From assembly GCA_030603275.1 (NCBI GenBank), contig JAUVYB010000008.1:98-64097 (forward strand): DNA of 64,000 nucleotides, written 5' to 3'. The notes below the pieces were generated by a model. The model was not told the DNA's origin. It saw nothing but the letters and a program-made list of their open reading frames with translations, and did no database searches. The stretch is from Deltaproteobacteria bacterium. GTDB taxonomy: Bacteria > Chloroflexota > Dehalococcoidia > Dehalococcoidales > BS750m-G39. The translations under genes and the position numbers were made by a program. Of the stretch, positions 26,654 to 36,672 are shown piece by piece; within the stretch, counting starts at the first letter, position 1, and each line of letters begins with the position of its first letter.

Positions 26654-27976
26654 ATGGGTGTGAGCAAACCGATTGTAGCTATTATCGGCCGTCAGAACGT
26701 GGGCAAGTCCACCCTCTTAAACCGTCTGGCCGGCCGGCGGGTGGCCATTGTTGAGGATATGCCCGGCACCACCCGGGACCGCATCTTCGCCGATGTCACC
26801 TGGGGTGGGGTCGGCTTCACCCTGGTTGATACCGGCGGCCTGGAGGTTAACCCCCGCACTGCTATCGCCCGCGGCATAAAGGGGCAGGTAGAAACGGCTA
26901 TCGCCGAAGCCGATGTTATTATTTTTATGGTCAATGTCAGGGACGGCGTGGTCCCCGCTGACCTGGAGATAGCCGAGATGCTGCGCAGCTCACCCAGGCC
27001 CGTGGTGCTGGTGGCGAATAAGGCGGATAGCCCAAAGCTGGAGATCGGGGCCGCCGAATTCTATCAGCTGGGGCTGGAAGATTTATTTATTACCAGCGCC
27101 TATCACGGGCGGGGCACCGCCGAGCTACTGGATAAGATTATCTCCCTCCTCCCCGCCCCAACGCCGGCTGAGCCGGAGGCGGAGATGATGAAGCTGGCCA
27201 TTGTCGGCCGGCCCAACGTGGGCAAGTCCACCCTGCTCAACGCCCTCCTCGGCGAAGAACGCTCAATCGTTGACGACGTCCCCGGCACCACCCATGATGC
27301 GGTCGACACCCTACTTGACTTTAATGGCCAAAATGTGTTACTTATTGATACCGCCGGTATCAGGCGGCGGGGTCGGTGGGGGGTCGGAGTAGAACGTTAC
27401 GGCATAATCCGGGCCCTGCGGGCAATTGACCGGGCGGACGTAGTTTTACTGGTGCTGGATGCCACCGAGATGGTCACCGCTCAGGACAAACACATCGCCG
27501 GTTACGTGCAGGAGGCGATTAAAGGGGTGGTACTGGTGGTCAATAAGTGGGATTTATTGGAGAGTAAGGATATAGCTGAATATAACCGACATATCCGGAG
27601 CCAGCTAAGGTTTGTCTCCCATGCGCCGATAGTATATACTTCTGCCATGCTGGGACAGGAGGTAGACCGGGTAGTGCCCGAGGCGTTTGGGGTATACCAG
27701 GAAAGGCACAAGCGCCTGCCGACTACGGTCGTCAACAGCGTGGTGCAGGAGGCGATAGCCGCCCACCATCCCCCCCGCGTGAGCGGCCGGCAGCTCAAGA
27801 TTCTCTACACCACCCAGGCCGAGGTCAATCCTCCCACCTTCGTCTTCTTCGTCAACGATGCCAAGCTAATATCGGCTTCCTACCGCAACTATCTGGAAAA
27901 CAAACTGCGTAAGGCGCAGGGCTTCAACGGCACGCCGCTCCGTTTCATCTTTAAAAACAGGAGTAAGCAGCCATGA
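26654..27976 (+). CDS. der: ribosome-associated GTPase Der (EngA)
   Basis: Tandem GTPase domains with P-loops GRQNVGKST and GRPNVGKST, plus a KH-like C-terminus. Confidence 0.95.
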   Translation: MGVSKPIVAIIGRQNVGKSTLLNRLAGRRVAIVEDMPGTTRDRIFADVTWGGVGFTLVDTGGLEVNPRTAIARGIKGQVETAIAEADVIIFMVNVRDGVVPADLEIAEMLRSSPRPVVLVANKADSPKLEIGAAEFYQLGLEDLFITSAYHGRGTAELLDKIISLLPAPTPAEPEAEMMKLAIVGRPNVGKSTLLNALLGEERSIVDDVPGTTHDAVDTLLDFNGQNVLLIDTAGIRRRGRWGVGVERYGIIRALRAIDRADVVLLVLDATEMVTAQDKHIAGYVQEAIKGVVLVVNKWDLLESKDIAEYNRHIRSQLRFVSHAPIVYTSAMLGQEVDRVVPEAFGVYQERHKRLPTTVVNSVVQEAIAAHHPPRVSGRQLKILYTTQAEVNPPTFVFFVNDAKLISASYRNYLENKLRKAQGFNGTPLRFIFKNRSKQP

Positions 27977-28665
27977 TGATGGCCAAGTTTGCCGCCGTGG
28001 TGATAATGGGTTACCTGCTGGGTGCTATTCCCATCGGTTACCTGCTGACCAGGCGTCAGGCCAAGGTAGATGTTACGGCCTATGGCAGCGGCAAGGTGGG
28101 GGCGACCAACGTGCTTCGCACCGCTGGCCGCAAGTCGGCCGCCCTGGTGGCTACCATGGACCTGCTAAAGGGGGTGCTGGCGGTAGTCCTGGCTGGCCTG
28201 ATAATGGGCAAAGGCTACCTGGTAGTGGGCGATTTTGGCTTCGGCACGCTGGTAGCCCAGGTTCTGGCGGCTCTGGCCGCCGTCGTCGGCCATAACTGGT
28301 CGGTATTCCTCGGGTTTAAAGGGGGCCGGGGTGTGGCCACCTTCTTCGGCGGGCTGATTGCCCTCTGTCCGATAGCGGCCATAGTCGGCGGCGAGATTCT
28401 CATCATTGGCGCCGGTCTTACCCAGTACGCGTCTCTGGCCTCCATTGCCGGGGTGGTAGGCGCTTACGCCATACTGGTGCCGCTGACCATTATGAACGGC
28501 TTCCCCCTGGAGTACCTGTTCTACACTCTGGTGGGGTCGGTAATAATCATCGTTATGCACCGGGACAACATCAGTCGCCTGTTAAAAGGCAAAGAGCGCC
28601 GGCTCGGCGAGAAAGGGGAGAAGCGGGACTCACCTGCTTCCAGCCCCACCGATGGTGCGGGATAA
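27973..28665 (+). CDS. plsY: glycerol-3-phosphate acyltransferase PlsY
   Basis: GSGKVGATNVLRTAG motif and multiple TM helices. ATGA overlap with der. Confidence 0.9.
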   Translation: MMMAKFAAVVIMGYLLGAIPIGYLLTRRQAKVDVTAYGSGKVGATNVLRTAGRKSAALVATMDLLKGVLAVVLAGLIMGKGYLVVGDFGFGTLVAQVLAALAAVVGHNWSVFLGFKGGRGVATFFGGLIALCPIAAIVGGEILIIGAGLTQYASLASIAGVVGAYAILVPLTIMNGFPLEYLFYTLVGSVIIIVMHRDNISRLLKGKERRLGEKGEKRDSPASSPTDGAG

Positions 28666-28668
28666 GGC

Positions 28669-29715
28669 ATGCCCAAGGTTGCCATTATTGGTACCACCAC
28701 ATGGGGGCTTACCTTGGGAGTGGCTCTGGCGGTTAAGCGGGCGGAGGTCAGGCTGTGGGCGCGGACGGAGGAGGAAGCCGCCAGGTTACTAAACGCCGAG
28801 TTCCCCTCGGAGTCGTTTGCCGGAATTAGCCTCCCCCGCAAGCTGGTCATTACCAGCTCGCTGGAAGAAGCCCTGGCCGATGTCAGGGTGGTAATCATGG
28901 CGGTGCCCTCCCAGAGCATGCGGTCCAACATAAAGGCGGTGGCCCTCCACCTGGATAGCTCCATGCTGGTCGTCAACGCCGCCAAGGGCCTGGAATTAGA
29001 GACAAACCTGCGGATGTCGCAGGTAATCGCCGAAGAAATCCCCCCCGATTTTCACCCCGGCATCTGTGTCCTTTCCGGCCCCAATTTAGCCCAGGAGATT
29101 CTGCGTGACCTGCCGGCGGCGGCGGTGGTAGCCGCCCACAGCGAGGCGGTGGCCAGGAAGGCGCAGAAGTTCCTAAACACCCCCAACCTCTGTATCTACA
29201 CCAATACCGATGTCATCGGCGTAGAGCTGGGGGGAGCCCTAAAGAACATTATCGCCCTGGGTGCCGGCATCGTTGATGGGCTGGGCTACGGCGATAACGC
29301 TAAATCGGCTTTCATTACCCGTGGTCTTACCGAGATAACGGCGCTGGGGATGGCTTTGGGGGCCAACCCCCTAACTTTTTCCGGGCTTACCGGCCTGGGC
29401 GACCTGGTGGCTACCTGCTCCAGCAATTTAAGCCGCAATCACCACGTGGGAGAGGAATTGACCAAGGGGCGCTCACTGGAGGAAATAACCGGCTCGATGA
29501 GCGGTGTCGCCGAGGGGGTGACCACCACCCTGGCGGCCTATAATCTGGCCCAGCAGCTCGGGCTGGAGATGCCCATTACCGAAAAGATTTACCGGGTGCT
29601 CTACGAAGGACTTGGTCCCAAGGAGGCCGCTTTAGAGTTGATGGAAGCTAACGTCAAGCACGAGCTGTCGGGTCGGCGCTGGCGGCTGTTCTCCTTTTTC
29701 AAGCGCCGCAAGTAA
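28669..29715 (+). CDS. gpsA: NAD(P)H-dependent glycerol-3-phosphate dehydrogenase
   Basis: 348 aa with motifs GPNLAQE, GALKNIIALGAG and SRNHHVG. Confidence 0.92.
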   Translation: MPKVAIIGTTTWGLTLGVALAVKRAEVRLWARTEEEAARLLNAEFPSESFAGISLPRKLVITSSLEEALADVRVVIMAVPSQSMRSNIKAVALHLDSSMLVVNAAKGLELETNLRMSQVIAEEIPPDFHPGICVLSGPNLAQEILRDLPAAAVVAAHSEAVARKAQKFLNTPNLCIYTNTDVIGVELGGALKNIIALGAGIVDGLGYGDNAKSAFITRGLTEITALGMALGANPLTFSGLTGLGDLVATCSSNLSRNHHVGEELTKGRSLEEITGSMSGVAEGVTTTLAAYNLAQQLGLEMPITEKIYRVLYEGLGPKEAALELMEANVKHELSGRRWRLFSFFKRRK

Positions 29716-29739
29716 CTATTACCGCTGGGTAAAGCATCT

Positions 29740-30846
29740 CTAGAAACCGCTCTGGGAAAATCCCTGCCACTTTTTGGGCTTGGGCATATTCTTTTCCCCT
29801 AAGTGTTTCCCCAGCTCCTCGAGCAGCTGGCGCTGCTTTTTGGTCAGCGAATCGGGGGTAGCCACGAACAGGGCGACCAGCTGGTCGCCCCGCCCCCCTC
29901 CCCGCAGGTGGGGGACCCCCTGTCCTTTGAGCTTAAATACCTGCCCGGTCTGAGAGCCGGCCGGTATCTTGAGCTTGGCGTTGCCGTTGAGGGTGGGCAC
30001 CTCTACCTCGGTGCCCAGCGCCGCCTGGACAAAATTGATGGGCAGCTCATAGAGCAGGTCATAGTTATGGCGGGTGAAGAGCTCGTGCTCCTTGACCGAT
30101 AAGCTTATATAGATATCGCCCGCCGGTCCGCCCCTTCTCCCCGCCTCCCCCTCGCCGCCGAGGCGTATCTGGGCGCCGTTATCGACTCCTGCGGGGATGT
30201 GAACCACGATATTACGCTTGCGCTTCTCCTGGCCTCTGCCCCGGCACTGGGGGCAGGGCTCGGTGATAATTCGGCCTTCACCCTGGCACTGGGGGCAGGG
30301 AACAGTGTGGGCGAAGCGCCCGAACAAGCTCTGGTGGACGCGGCGCACCTGCCCGCTGCCGTCGCAGTTGGGGCATCGCGCTGGCTGGCTACCCGGCTTG
30401 CTGCCGGTGCCCTGGCACATCGAGCAGTGCTCGGTGCGGGTGATGGTTATCTCCTTTTCACAGCCGAGGGCGGCTTCCTCAAAGGTGATGGTCATCCGGT
30501 AGCGCAGGTGGGCGCCGCGCTGCGGTGCCTGGCGGCTGGCGGCCGCCCCGCCGAAGAAGGCGTCGAAGATATCGCCAAAGCCGCCGAAGTCAAAGCCCTC
30601 AAACCCGCGCCCGAAGGGCCCCTCGGCGCCGCCGTGCCCGAAGCGGTCGAAAGCGGCCCGCTTATCGGGGTCGGAGAGCACCTCGTAGGCTTCGTTGATT
30701 TCCTTAAATTTTTCCCCGGTCTTATCTTCGTGATTGTGGTCGGGGTGATATTTAAAGGCCAGCTTGCGGAAGGCTCTTCTTAGCTCCTCGTCGGTGGCGT
30801 TTCTCTCCACACCGAGTACTTCATAATAATCGCGCTTTGTTGGCAT
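29740..30846 (-). CDS. dnaJ: chaperone DnaJ (class I, with zinc-finger domain)
   Basis: J domain with YHPD, a G/F-rich linker and four CxxCxG motifs ([32 protein letters not shown]). Confidence 0.95.
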   Translation of the reverse strand: MPTKRDYYEVLGVERNATDEELRRAFRKLAFKYHPDHNHEDKTGEKFKEINEAYEVLSDPDKRAAFDRFGHGGAEGPFGRGFEGFDFGGFGDIFDAFFGGAAASRQAPQRGAHLRYRMTITFEEAALGCEKEITITRTEHCSMCQGTGSKPGSQPARCPNCDGSGQVRRVHQSLFGRFAHTVPCPQCQGEGRIITEPCPQCRGRGQEKRKRNIVVHIPAGVDNGAQIRLGGEGEAGRRGGPAGDIYISLSVKEHELFTRHNYDLLYELPINFVQAALGTEVEVPTLNGNAKLKIPAGSQTGQVFKLKGQGVPHLRGGGRGDQLVALFVATPDSLTKKQRQLLEELGKHLGEKNMPKPKKWQGFSQSGF

Positions 30847-30854
30847 ATTATTGG

Positions 30855-30943
30855 AACCCTATCCCCTTTATCCCCTTCCCCTTAGCAAGGGGAAGGGGAA
30901 ATTAGTTTTTTGCAAGGGGGACTTCGTCCCCCTAAAACCCCCT
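30855..30943 (+). repeat. family A repeat copy A6
   Basis: aaccctatcccctttatccccttccccttagcaaggggaaggggaaatt...aagggggacttcgtccccctaaaaccccct. Close direct repeat of 31451-31539. Confidence 0.85.
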
Positions 30944-30966
30944 GTTATAGTTTGGGGTTTCACCCC

Positions 30967-31419
30967 CTATTTCTTTACCGATTTAATCGCCTCGCAGAAT
31001 CTTTCCGGCGTCCGTGATGAGATTACATAGGTCTGCTCGGCCGTTTCCAGCTTTATGGCATCATTAACAAAAGCCTGGGTGATGGCAAAGGTGCCGTCCC
31101 GGCCTTTTCTGATACCCCACCCCCCGTAGTTCTTTAACGGGTGAGCCACCTTGTAGGGGGAGCAGTCCTCTATCTGGCCTACCTCGATAGTCTTGCGGTA
31201 GATAAAGCCGAACCTTATTACCAGCTTATCCTCGAACAGCGCCACCTTCATCTGGAAGAAGCAGGCTACGATGGCGACGGTCAGGGCGATGTAGAAGGCG
31301 GCGAACCACCATACTCCGCCGAGGAGAATACCCGGCACCAGGCCCACGGCCAGCGCCCATAACACCAGGCCGCCGGCAAAGGGGTAATTTTCGTTTATCC
31401 TTTCCTGGTAGATAGGCAT
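30967..31419 (-). CDS. membrane protein with two TM helices and a PH-like (bPH) C-terminal domain
   Basis: 150 aa with hydrophobic helices at residues about 15-60, then a beta-rich region. It sits between dnaK and dnaJ. Confidence 0.55.
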   Translation of the reverse strand: MPIYQERINENYPFAGGLVLWALAVGLVPGILLGGVWWFAAFYIALTVAIVACFFQMKVALFEDKLVIRFGFIYRKTIEVGQIEDCSPYKVAHPLKNYGGWGIRKGRDGTFAITQAFVNDAIKLETAEQTYVISSRTPERFCEAIKSVKK

Positions 31420-31450
31420 TCTACCCCACCCCCTTTTAAGTTTTTAAGGT

Positions 31451-31539
31451 AACCCTATCCCCTTTATCCCCTTCCCCTTACTAAGGGGAAGGGGAAATTG
31501 ATTCTATATAAGGGGGACTCCGTCCCCCTAAAACCCCCT
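31451..31539 (+). repeat. family A repeat copy A7
   Basis: Shares aaccctatcccctttatccccttcccctt and aagggggac..cgtccccctaaaaccccct with 30855-30943. Confidence 0.85.
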
Positions 31540-31548
31540 ATTTAGTGT

Positions 31549-33507
31549 TTAGACCTCTCTAAACTCGCCCTCAACGGTGCCTTCATCGCCGCCTTCGCCT
31601 CCCTGGCCGCCTTCTCCCCCCGCTTCTCCCTCACCGCCCGGAGGTGTCTCGCCTCCCGGCGGGGGTGGGGGCTGTTGTTGCTGTTGATATACGGCGGAAC
31701 CGACCTTCTGCATCGTCTCGTTGAGCTCCTGGGTGGCTTTGCGGATAGCCTCGATGTCGGTGCCCTGCAGGGCATCCTTTACCGCTTTAACCTTTTCCTC
31801 CACCTCTTTATTCAGGTCGTCGGAAATCTTATCTTTATTTTCCCGCAGTGTCTTTTCGGCGGTATAGGCCAGGTTGTCGGCCATATTTCGGGTCTCCACC
31901 TCCTCCTTGCGCTTGCTGTCCTCGGAGGCATGCTGCTCGGCTTCCTGCTGCATCTTCTCGACCTCTTCTTTGGCCAGTCCGGACGAGGCGGTGATGGTGA
32001 TTTTCTGCTCCTTGCCGGTGCCCTTGTCGTGGGCTTTGACGTTGATGATGCCGTTGGCGTCGATGTCAAAGGTAACCTCAATCTGGGGCAACCCTCTCGG
32101 TGCCGGCAGGATGCCGTCGAGCATGAACCTCCCCAGGGTTCTATTGTCGGCGGCCATCGGCCGCTCCCCCTGGAGGACGTGAATCTCAACACTGGGCTGG
32201 TTGTCGGCGGCGGTGCTGAAAACCTGGCTCTTGCCGGTAGGGATGGTGGTGTTGCGCGGAATAAGCGGTGTCGCTACGCTACCGAGGGTCTCGATACCCA
32301 GCGTCAGCGGGGTAACATCGAGCAGGAGAACATCCTTGACCTCTCCCCCTAGCACCCCGGCCTGGATAGCCGCCCCTACGGCGACCACCTCGTCGGGGTT
32401 GACCCCTTTATGGAGCTCCTTGCCGAAGAACTGTTTTACCTTCTCCTGGACCAGGGGCATCCTGGTCTGTCCGCCGACCATGACCACCTCGTCTATCTGG
32501 GCGGTTGTCTTCTTGGCATCGGCCATTGCCTGTTTGCAGGGCTCGATGCTCTTTTCCACCAGTTCGCCCACCAGCTGTTCCAGCTTGGCCCGGGTCAGGT
32601 TGATGTTGAGGTGCTTGGGGCCGCTGGCGTCGGCGGTAACGAAGGGCAGGTTGACCTCGGTCTGCTGGACGGTGGATAGCTCGCTTTTAGCCTTTTCGGC
32701 GGCTTCCTTAAGCCGCTGCAGGGCCATCTTGTCCTGCCGCAGGTCTATGCCCTGGTCTTTCTTGAACTCGTCGCAGAGCCAGTCCATCACCCTCTGGTCG
32801 AAGTCGTCGCCGCCCAGGTGGGTATCGCCGTTGGTGGAGACAACCTCGTGTTGCACAGAGCTTAGGCCTTCGACGTCCACTTTGCCTATTTCCAATATCG
32901 ATATATCAAATGTACCACCGCCAAGATCATAGACAGCAATAACTTCCTCTTCCTTATCTTTACCTATTCCGTAGGCCAGCGATGCGGCCGTGGGCTCGTT
33001 GATTATCCGGAGTACTTCCAGACCGGCTATCTTGCCGGCATCTTTAGTCGCCTGCCGCTGGGAGTCGTTGAAGTAGGCGGGCACGGTGATGACCGCCTCG
33101 GTAACCTTCTCCCCCAGGTAGGCCTCGGCGTCCGTCTTCAGCTTTTGCAGAATCATGGCCGATATTTCCGGTGGGCTGTACTCTTTATCGCCCATCTTCA
33201 CCCAGGCGTCGCCGTTTTCCGCCTTGACTATCTTATAGGGCAGCAGTTTGCGGTCATACTCCACGGTGGGCTCGTCGTACTTGCGCCCCATCAGCCGCTT
33301 GATGCTGGATATAGTATTATCGGGGTTGGTGATAGCCTGGCGCTTGGCCACCTGCCCCACCAGCCGCTCCCCGGTCTTGCTCATGGCTACTACCGAAGGC
33401 GTGGTGCGCCCCCCCTCGGCGTTGGTGATAATTTTAGGCTCTCCCGCCTCCATCACCGCCACCGCCGAAAAGGTGGTGCCCAGGTCAATACCGATTACTT
33501 TTCCCAT
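31549..33507 (-). CDS. dnaK: chaperone DnaK (Hsp70)
   Basis: 652 aa with GIDLGTTFS and DLGGGTFD. The C-terminal tail is Gln/Pro/Gly/Glu-rich. Confidence 0.98.
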   Translation of the reverse strand: MGKVIGIDLGTTFSAVAVMEAGEPKIITNAEGGRTTPSVVAMSKTGERLVGQVAKRQAITNPDNTISSIKRLMGRKYDEPTVEYDRKLLPYKIVKAENGDAWVKMGDKEYSPPEISAMILQKLKTDAEAYLGEKVTEAVITVPAYFNDSQRQATKDAGKIAGLEVLRIINEPTAASLAYGIGKDKEEEVIAVYDLGGGTFDISILEIGKVDVEGLSSVQHEVVSTNGDTHLGGDDFDQRVMDWLCDEFKKDQGIDLRQDKMALQRLKEAAEKAKSELSTVQQTEVNLPFVTADASGPKHLNINLTRAKLEQLVGELVEKSIEPCKQAMADAKKTTAQIDEVVMVGGQTRMPLVQEKVKQFFGKELHKGVNPDEVVAVGAAIQAGVLGGEVKDVLLLDVTPLTLGIETLGSVATPLIPRNTTIPTGKSQVFSTAADNQPSVEIHVLQGERPMAADNRTLGRFMLDGILPAPRGLPQIEVTFDIDANGIINVKAHDKGTGKEQKITITASSGLAKEEVEKMQQEAEQHASEDSKRKEEVETRNMADNLAYTAEKTLRENKDKISDDLNKEVEEKVKAVKDALQGTDIEAIRKATQELNETMQKVGSAVYQQQQQPPPPPGGETPPGGEGEAGGEGGQGGEGGDEGTVEGEFREV

Positions 33508-33511
33508 TGGT

Positions 33512-34069
33512 TTAGTCCTCCTCTCCGTTGCCCACTACGACCATGGTGGGTCGAATTACTCTATCTTCTAACAGGTAGCCCTTCTGTACCTCCTCGATAA
33601 CTACCCCTTCCTTGCCCTTGTCCTGCCTGACCGCCTCGTGGAACTGGGGGTCGAAGGGCTCGCCCAGCGCCTTAATCGGGGACACCCCCTGTGCCTGCAG
33701 GACGGCCCACAGCTTGCGCTCGATAAGCCTGGCGCCGTCCAGCCAGCTCAGTTTTTCCATCTTGGGCGGAAGGGAACTGAAGGCCCGCTCAAAATCATCC
33801 AGGACGGGCAGCAGGTTGAGTATCAGCACCGAGTTGGCGAATTTGCCCAAATCCTGCTTTTCCTGCTCGCTGCGCTTTTTGTAGTTGACGAAATCGGCCT
33901 GGGCGCGTTGCCACCCCGCCAGGTTGGCTTCGGCTTTGGCTTCGGCTTCGGCCAGCGTTTCCTTCAAAGTCTCGATGTCGGTTATCTCGCCGGCCTCTGC
34001 CTCAACCTCCCCGGTGGGGGTTTCGTTTATCTGGTTGTTTGGTTCTTCCTCGGGTTCTTTTGGCATCAT
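33512..34069 (-). CDS. grpE: nucleotide exchange factor GrpE
   Basis: 185 aa with a coiled-coil N-terminus and motifs DFVNYKKR and FDPQFHEAV. Confidence 0.93.
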   Translation of the reverse strand: MMPKEPEEEPNNQINETPTGEVEAEAGEITDIETLKETLAEAEAKAEANLAGWQRAQADFVNYKKRSEQEKQDLGKFANSVLILNLLPVLDDFERAFSSLPPKMEKLSWLDGARLIERKLWAVLQAQGVSPIKALGEPFDPQFHEAVRQDKGKEGVVIEEVQKGYLLEDRVIRPTMVVVGNGEED

Positions 34070-34095
34070 TGTTATCTGCCCTACCCCCTCTTAAA

Positions 34096-35127
34096 TTAAT
34101 TGCCTTCGGGTTTTCGGCCGTACAGCTCGGCCATCATCTGGCTTAAGACCGATGATATATAGTACACCGCCGAAATAGTGCGGGCGTAGGGCATGCGGGT
34201 CGGCCCCACCACGCTTATAACGCCCACGGCTTCTTCGGGCAGCCCGTATTTGTTGATGACCACGCTGCATTTCTGGATGGTTTCCGCCCTGTTTTCTTTA
34301 CCGATGATTACCTGCACCTTGCTGCCGCCCATCTTTTCAGGGGTGATGGTTCGCATCAGGTTACGCCCGTCGGCCAGTTCTATCAAGACCTGCCCCCCCT
34401 CCCCGCGGCGGAATTCGGGCTGGTTAAGGGTGAAGTGCAGCCCGTCCAAGCTGGTATGCTCATACTCCTGCTCGTCTTCGTCCTGCATTATCTTGAGCAG
34501 GCAGTCGGCCACCTGCTGTTCGGCGGCGGCCAGCTTTATTTTCTTGGCCGAAATCTTGGCTCTGGTCTTGTCGGCGTAGGAGTCGTTTAATTTATTGGCG
34601 ATTGCGGTCAGCTCTTCCTGAGATATGGCCTGGTCGAAGGTTATCAACTGCTGCCGGAGCAAGGCCCCGTGGAGCACCAGCACCACCAGCGCCAGCGAAT
34701 CTTTAAGGGCGACCAGTTCCAGGTGCTGGAACTGGCAGTGGGCCGGCTTGGGCAGGGTAACCACGGCCACATTCTGCACCAGCTGGGCGGTAAGGGTCGC
34801 CGCCAGGCTCAGCCAGTCCTCTAATTCTCTCTCCACCTGGTGGAAGAGGTGGCTCACCAGCAGCCTCTCCGTCAGGGGCAGCTCGATGTCGCTTAAGGTC
34901 TCCACGTAGTAGCGGTAGCCCTTGTCCAGCGGGATGCTTCCGGCCGAGGAGTGGGGGCGGGTGATATAGCCCTCTTGCTCCAGGTGCGCCATCTCGTTGC
35001 GGATGGTAGCCGAGCTTACCGCCAGCTCGAAGTCGTTGACGATGCTCTGGGACGGCACCGGTGCCGCCTTTACGATATACTGTCCCACTATGGATTTTAG
35101 TATTGCCTCGCTTCTATCGGATAGCAT
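34096..35127 (-). CDS. hrcA: heat-inducible transcription repressor HrcA
   Basis: 343 aa. The winged-helix N-terminus (SSATIRNEMAHLEQEGYITRPHSSAG) is canonical HrcA. A CIRCE element lies upstream. Confidence 0.93.
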   Translation of the reverse strand: MLSDRSEAILKSIVGQYIVKAAPVPSQSIVNDFELAVSSATIRNEMAHLEQEGYITRPHSSAGSIPLDKGYRYYVETLSDIELPLTERLLVSHLFHQVERELEDWLSLAATLTAQLVQNVAVVTLPKPAHCQFQHLELVALKDSLALVVLVLHGALLRQQLITFDQAISQEELTAIANKLNDSYADKTRAKISAKKIKLAAAEQQVADCLLKIMQDEDEQEYEHTSLDGLHFTLNQPEFRRGEGGQVLIELADGRNLMRTITPEKMGGSKVQVIIGKENRAETIQKCSVVINKYGLPEEAVGVISVVGPTRMPYARTISAVYYISSVLSQMMAELYGRKPEGN

Positions 35128-35147
35128 TTTTGCCCCCGTAGCTTTAA

Positions 35148-35174
35148 TTAGCAGTCTAAGTCTTAGAGTGCTAA
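35148..35174 (-). promoter_or_regulatory. CIRCE operator (TTAGCAGTC-N9-GAGTGCTAA)
   Basis: One mismatch to the consensus TTAGCACTC-N9-GAGTGCTAA. It lies 21 nt upstream of the hrcA ATG and downstream of TTGACA-17-TAAGTT (35185-35213). Confidence 0.85.
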
Positions 35175-35214
35175 TTATAGTTTTAACTTATCACTTTAGA
35201 CACTGATTGTCAAG

Positions 35215-35990
35215 ACATTAGGGGGTTATTTTTCCTCCCCACCCCATTTTTACCGGTCCTTATTTTTCCCATACCCACCCGCCCAAAAAGGCTCCGCCTC
35301 TTTTCATTTCTTTACCCCGCCCCTGTTTTATATCTTATCCCGCCCGCCGCCCTTAGTGGAAGAGGGCTAAAGCCCTTTTTGCCCCACCCCGCATTTTAAG
35401 GAGTTTTAAAAGGTCTGACCTCTTTAGGGTGGGTCAGGGTGGGAAGAAGAACACCCGCTGACAGGGGGAGGGGCTGTGCCCCAACCCCCCTTTTTTAAAA
35501 CCCATCAATTTTTCGCCCCCCAAAAACTCCACCCCAAAAAACCCAGTTTTTAAAAACTTCTACCCCCCAAAAACCTTTTTCAATAGCCTTGACCATGTAA
35601 CACCTCGGAAAATTTATTTAACCCCCCTATAAATGGCTCTCAGGGGCTTGGAACGTAAAAAATACGAGTGGGGTGGATAAGGGATGCCAGTCAAAGATTT
35701 TACGGGGTAAAAAGCCTTTTTTTATCCCCATTTTTGACAGTTGTCATTTTCCCCAACCCGCCCCCATTTTTAAGTTTTTCCTTTTTTCATTTCTTTAACT
35801 CCTCCCACCCTTTTTAACGGTTCTCTTACTTCCCACCCACCCGCCCTCAAAGGCTTTGCCTCCAAAACTTTCTTTCCACCCCTATTCCTTTGAAAAAGGA
35901 CTAACCCCTCTTCTTAAAAAAAACCTTCCCCCTCCCTTGTAAGGGAGGGGGATAAAGGGGGAGGGTTGGTAAGAAATAAAGGCAAAATAT
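35215..35990. repeat. about 780-bp non-coding spacer packed with degenerate family A/B/C repeat units
   Basis: Contains a family B copy (35314-35376), cccacccacccgccc units at about 35273 and about 35833, A/T-run units at about 35510-35570 and an inverted family A copy (35893-35970). The track shows no ORF of 60 aa or more here. Confidence 0.8.
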
Positions 35991-36019
35991 TTGATTGCCA
36001 GCCTCGGCTATGCTATATT
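35991..36019 (+). promoter_or_regulatory. promoter (TTGATT-17-TATATT), -10 is 6 nt from the ATG at 36026
   Basis: TTGATTgccagcctcggctatgcTATATTtagacgATG. Confidence 0.5.
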
Positions 36020-36025
36020 TAGACG

Positions 36026-36664
36026 ATGGAAATTAGTTGGCTGGGTCATTCCTGTTTCAAGCTCAAGGGCAGCCAGGCCACCGTTATCACCGACCCCTAT
36101 TCCCCGGAGCTGGGTTACAAGCTGGGCAAGCCCACCGCCCGCGTGGTCACCGTCAGCCACCAGCACCCCGGTCACTCCTACGTTGAGGGCGTCGGCGGTG
36201 AGCCCAGGGTGCTCAATGGCCCCGGTGAATACGAAATCAGCGGCGTGCTGATTACGGGGATAGCCACCTTCCATGACGGCGAAAAGGGTGAAAAGAGGGG
36301 CAAGAACACCGCCTATCATATGGAGATAGACGAGATATCGGTCTGCCACCTGGGTGACCTGGGGCACGTCCTCAGCGTGGAGCAGGTCGAAGAACTAGAC
36401 GATGTTGATGTCCTGCTGCTCCCGGTAGGCGGCGTCTCCACCATAAACGCGCCGGTGGCGGCCGAGGTCGTGCGCCAGCTTGAGCCCAAGGTGGTAATCC
36501 CGATGCACTACCAGACGCCGGCGCTAAAAAAAGAGCTGGAGTCGGTAGAAAGGTTCCTCAAGGAGATAGGGGCCAGGGACGTTGTCCCCCAGCCCAAGCT
36601 CACTGTTTCCAAATCAAACCTGCCCGATACCACCCAGGTCTTCCTCTTAGATTACCCCCACTAA
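36026..36664 (+). CDS. MBL-fold metal-dependent hydrolase (UPF0173-like)
   Basis: 212 aa starting MEISWLGHSCFKLK, with SHQHPGH and a downstream HLGDLGH. Confidence 0.75.
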   Translation: MEISWLGHSCFKLKGSQATVITDPYSPELGYKLGKPTARVVTVSHQHPGHSYVEGVGGEPRVLNGPGEYEISGVLITGIATFHDGEKGEKRGKNTAYHMEIDEISVCHLGDLGHVLSVEQVEELDDVDVLLLPVGGVSTINAPVAAEVVRQLEPKVVIPMHYQTPALKKELESVERFLKEIGARDVVPQPKLTVSKSNLPDTTQVFLLDYPH

Positions 36665-36672
36665 GCCCCACC

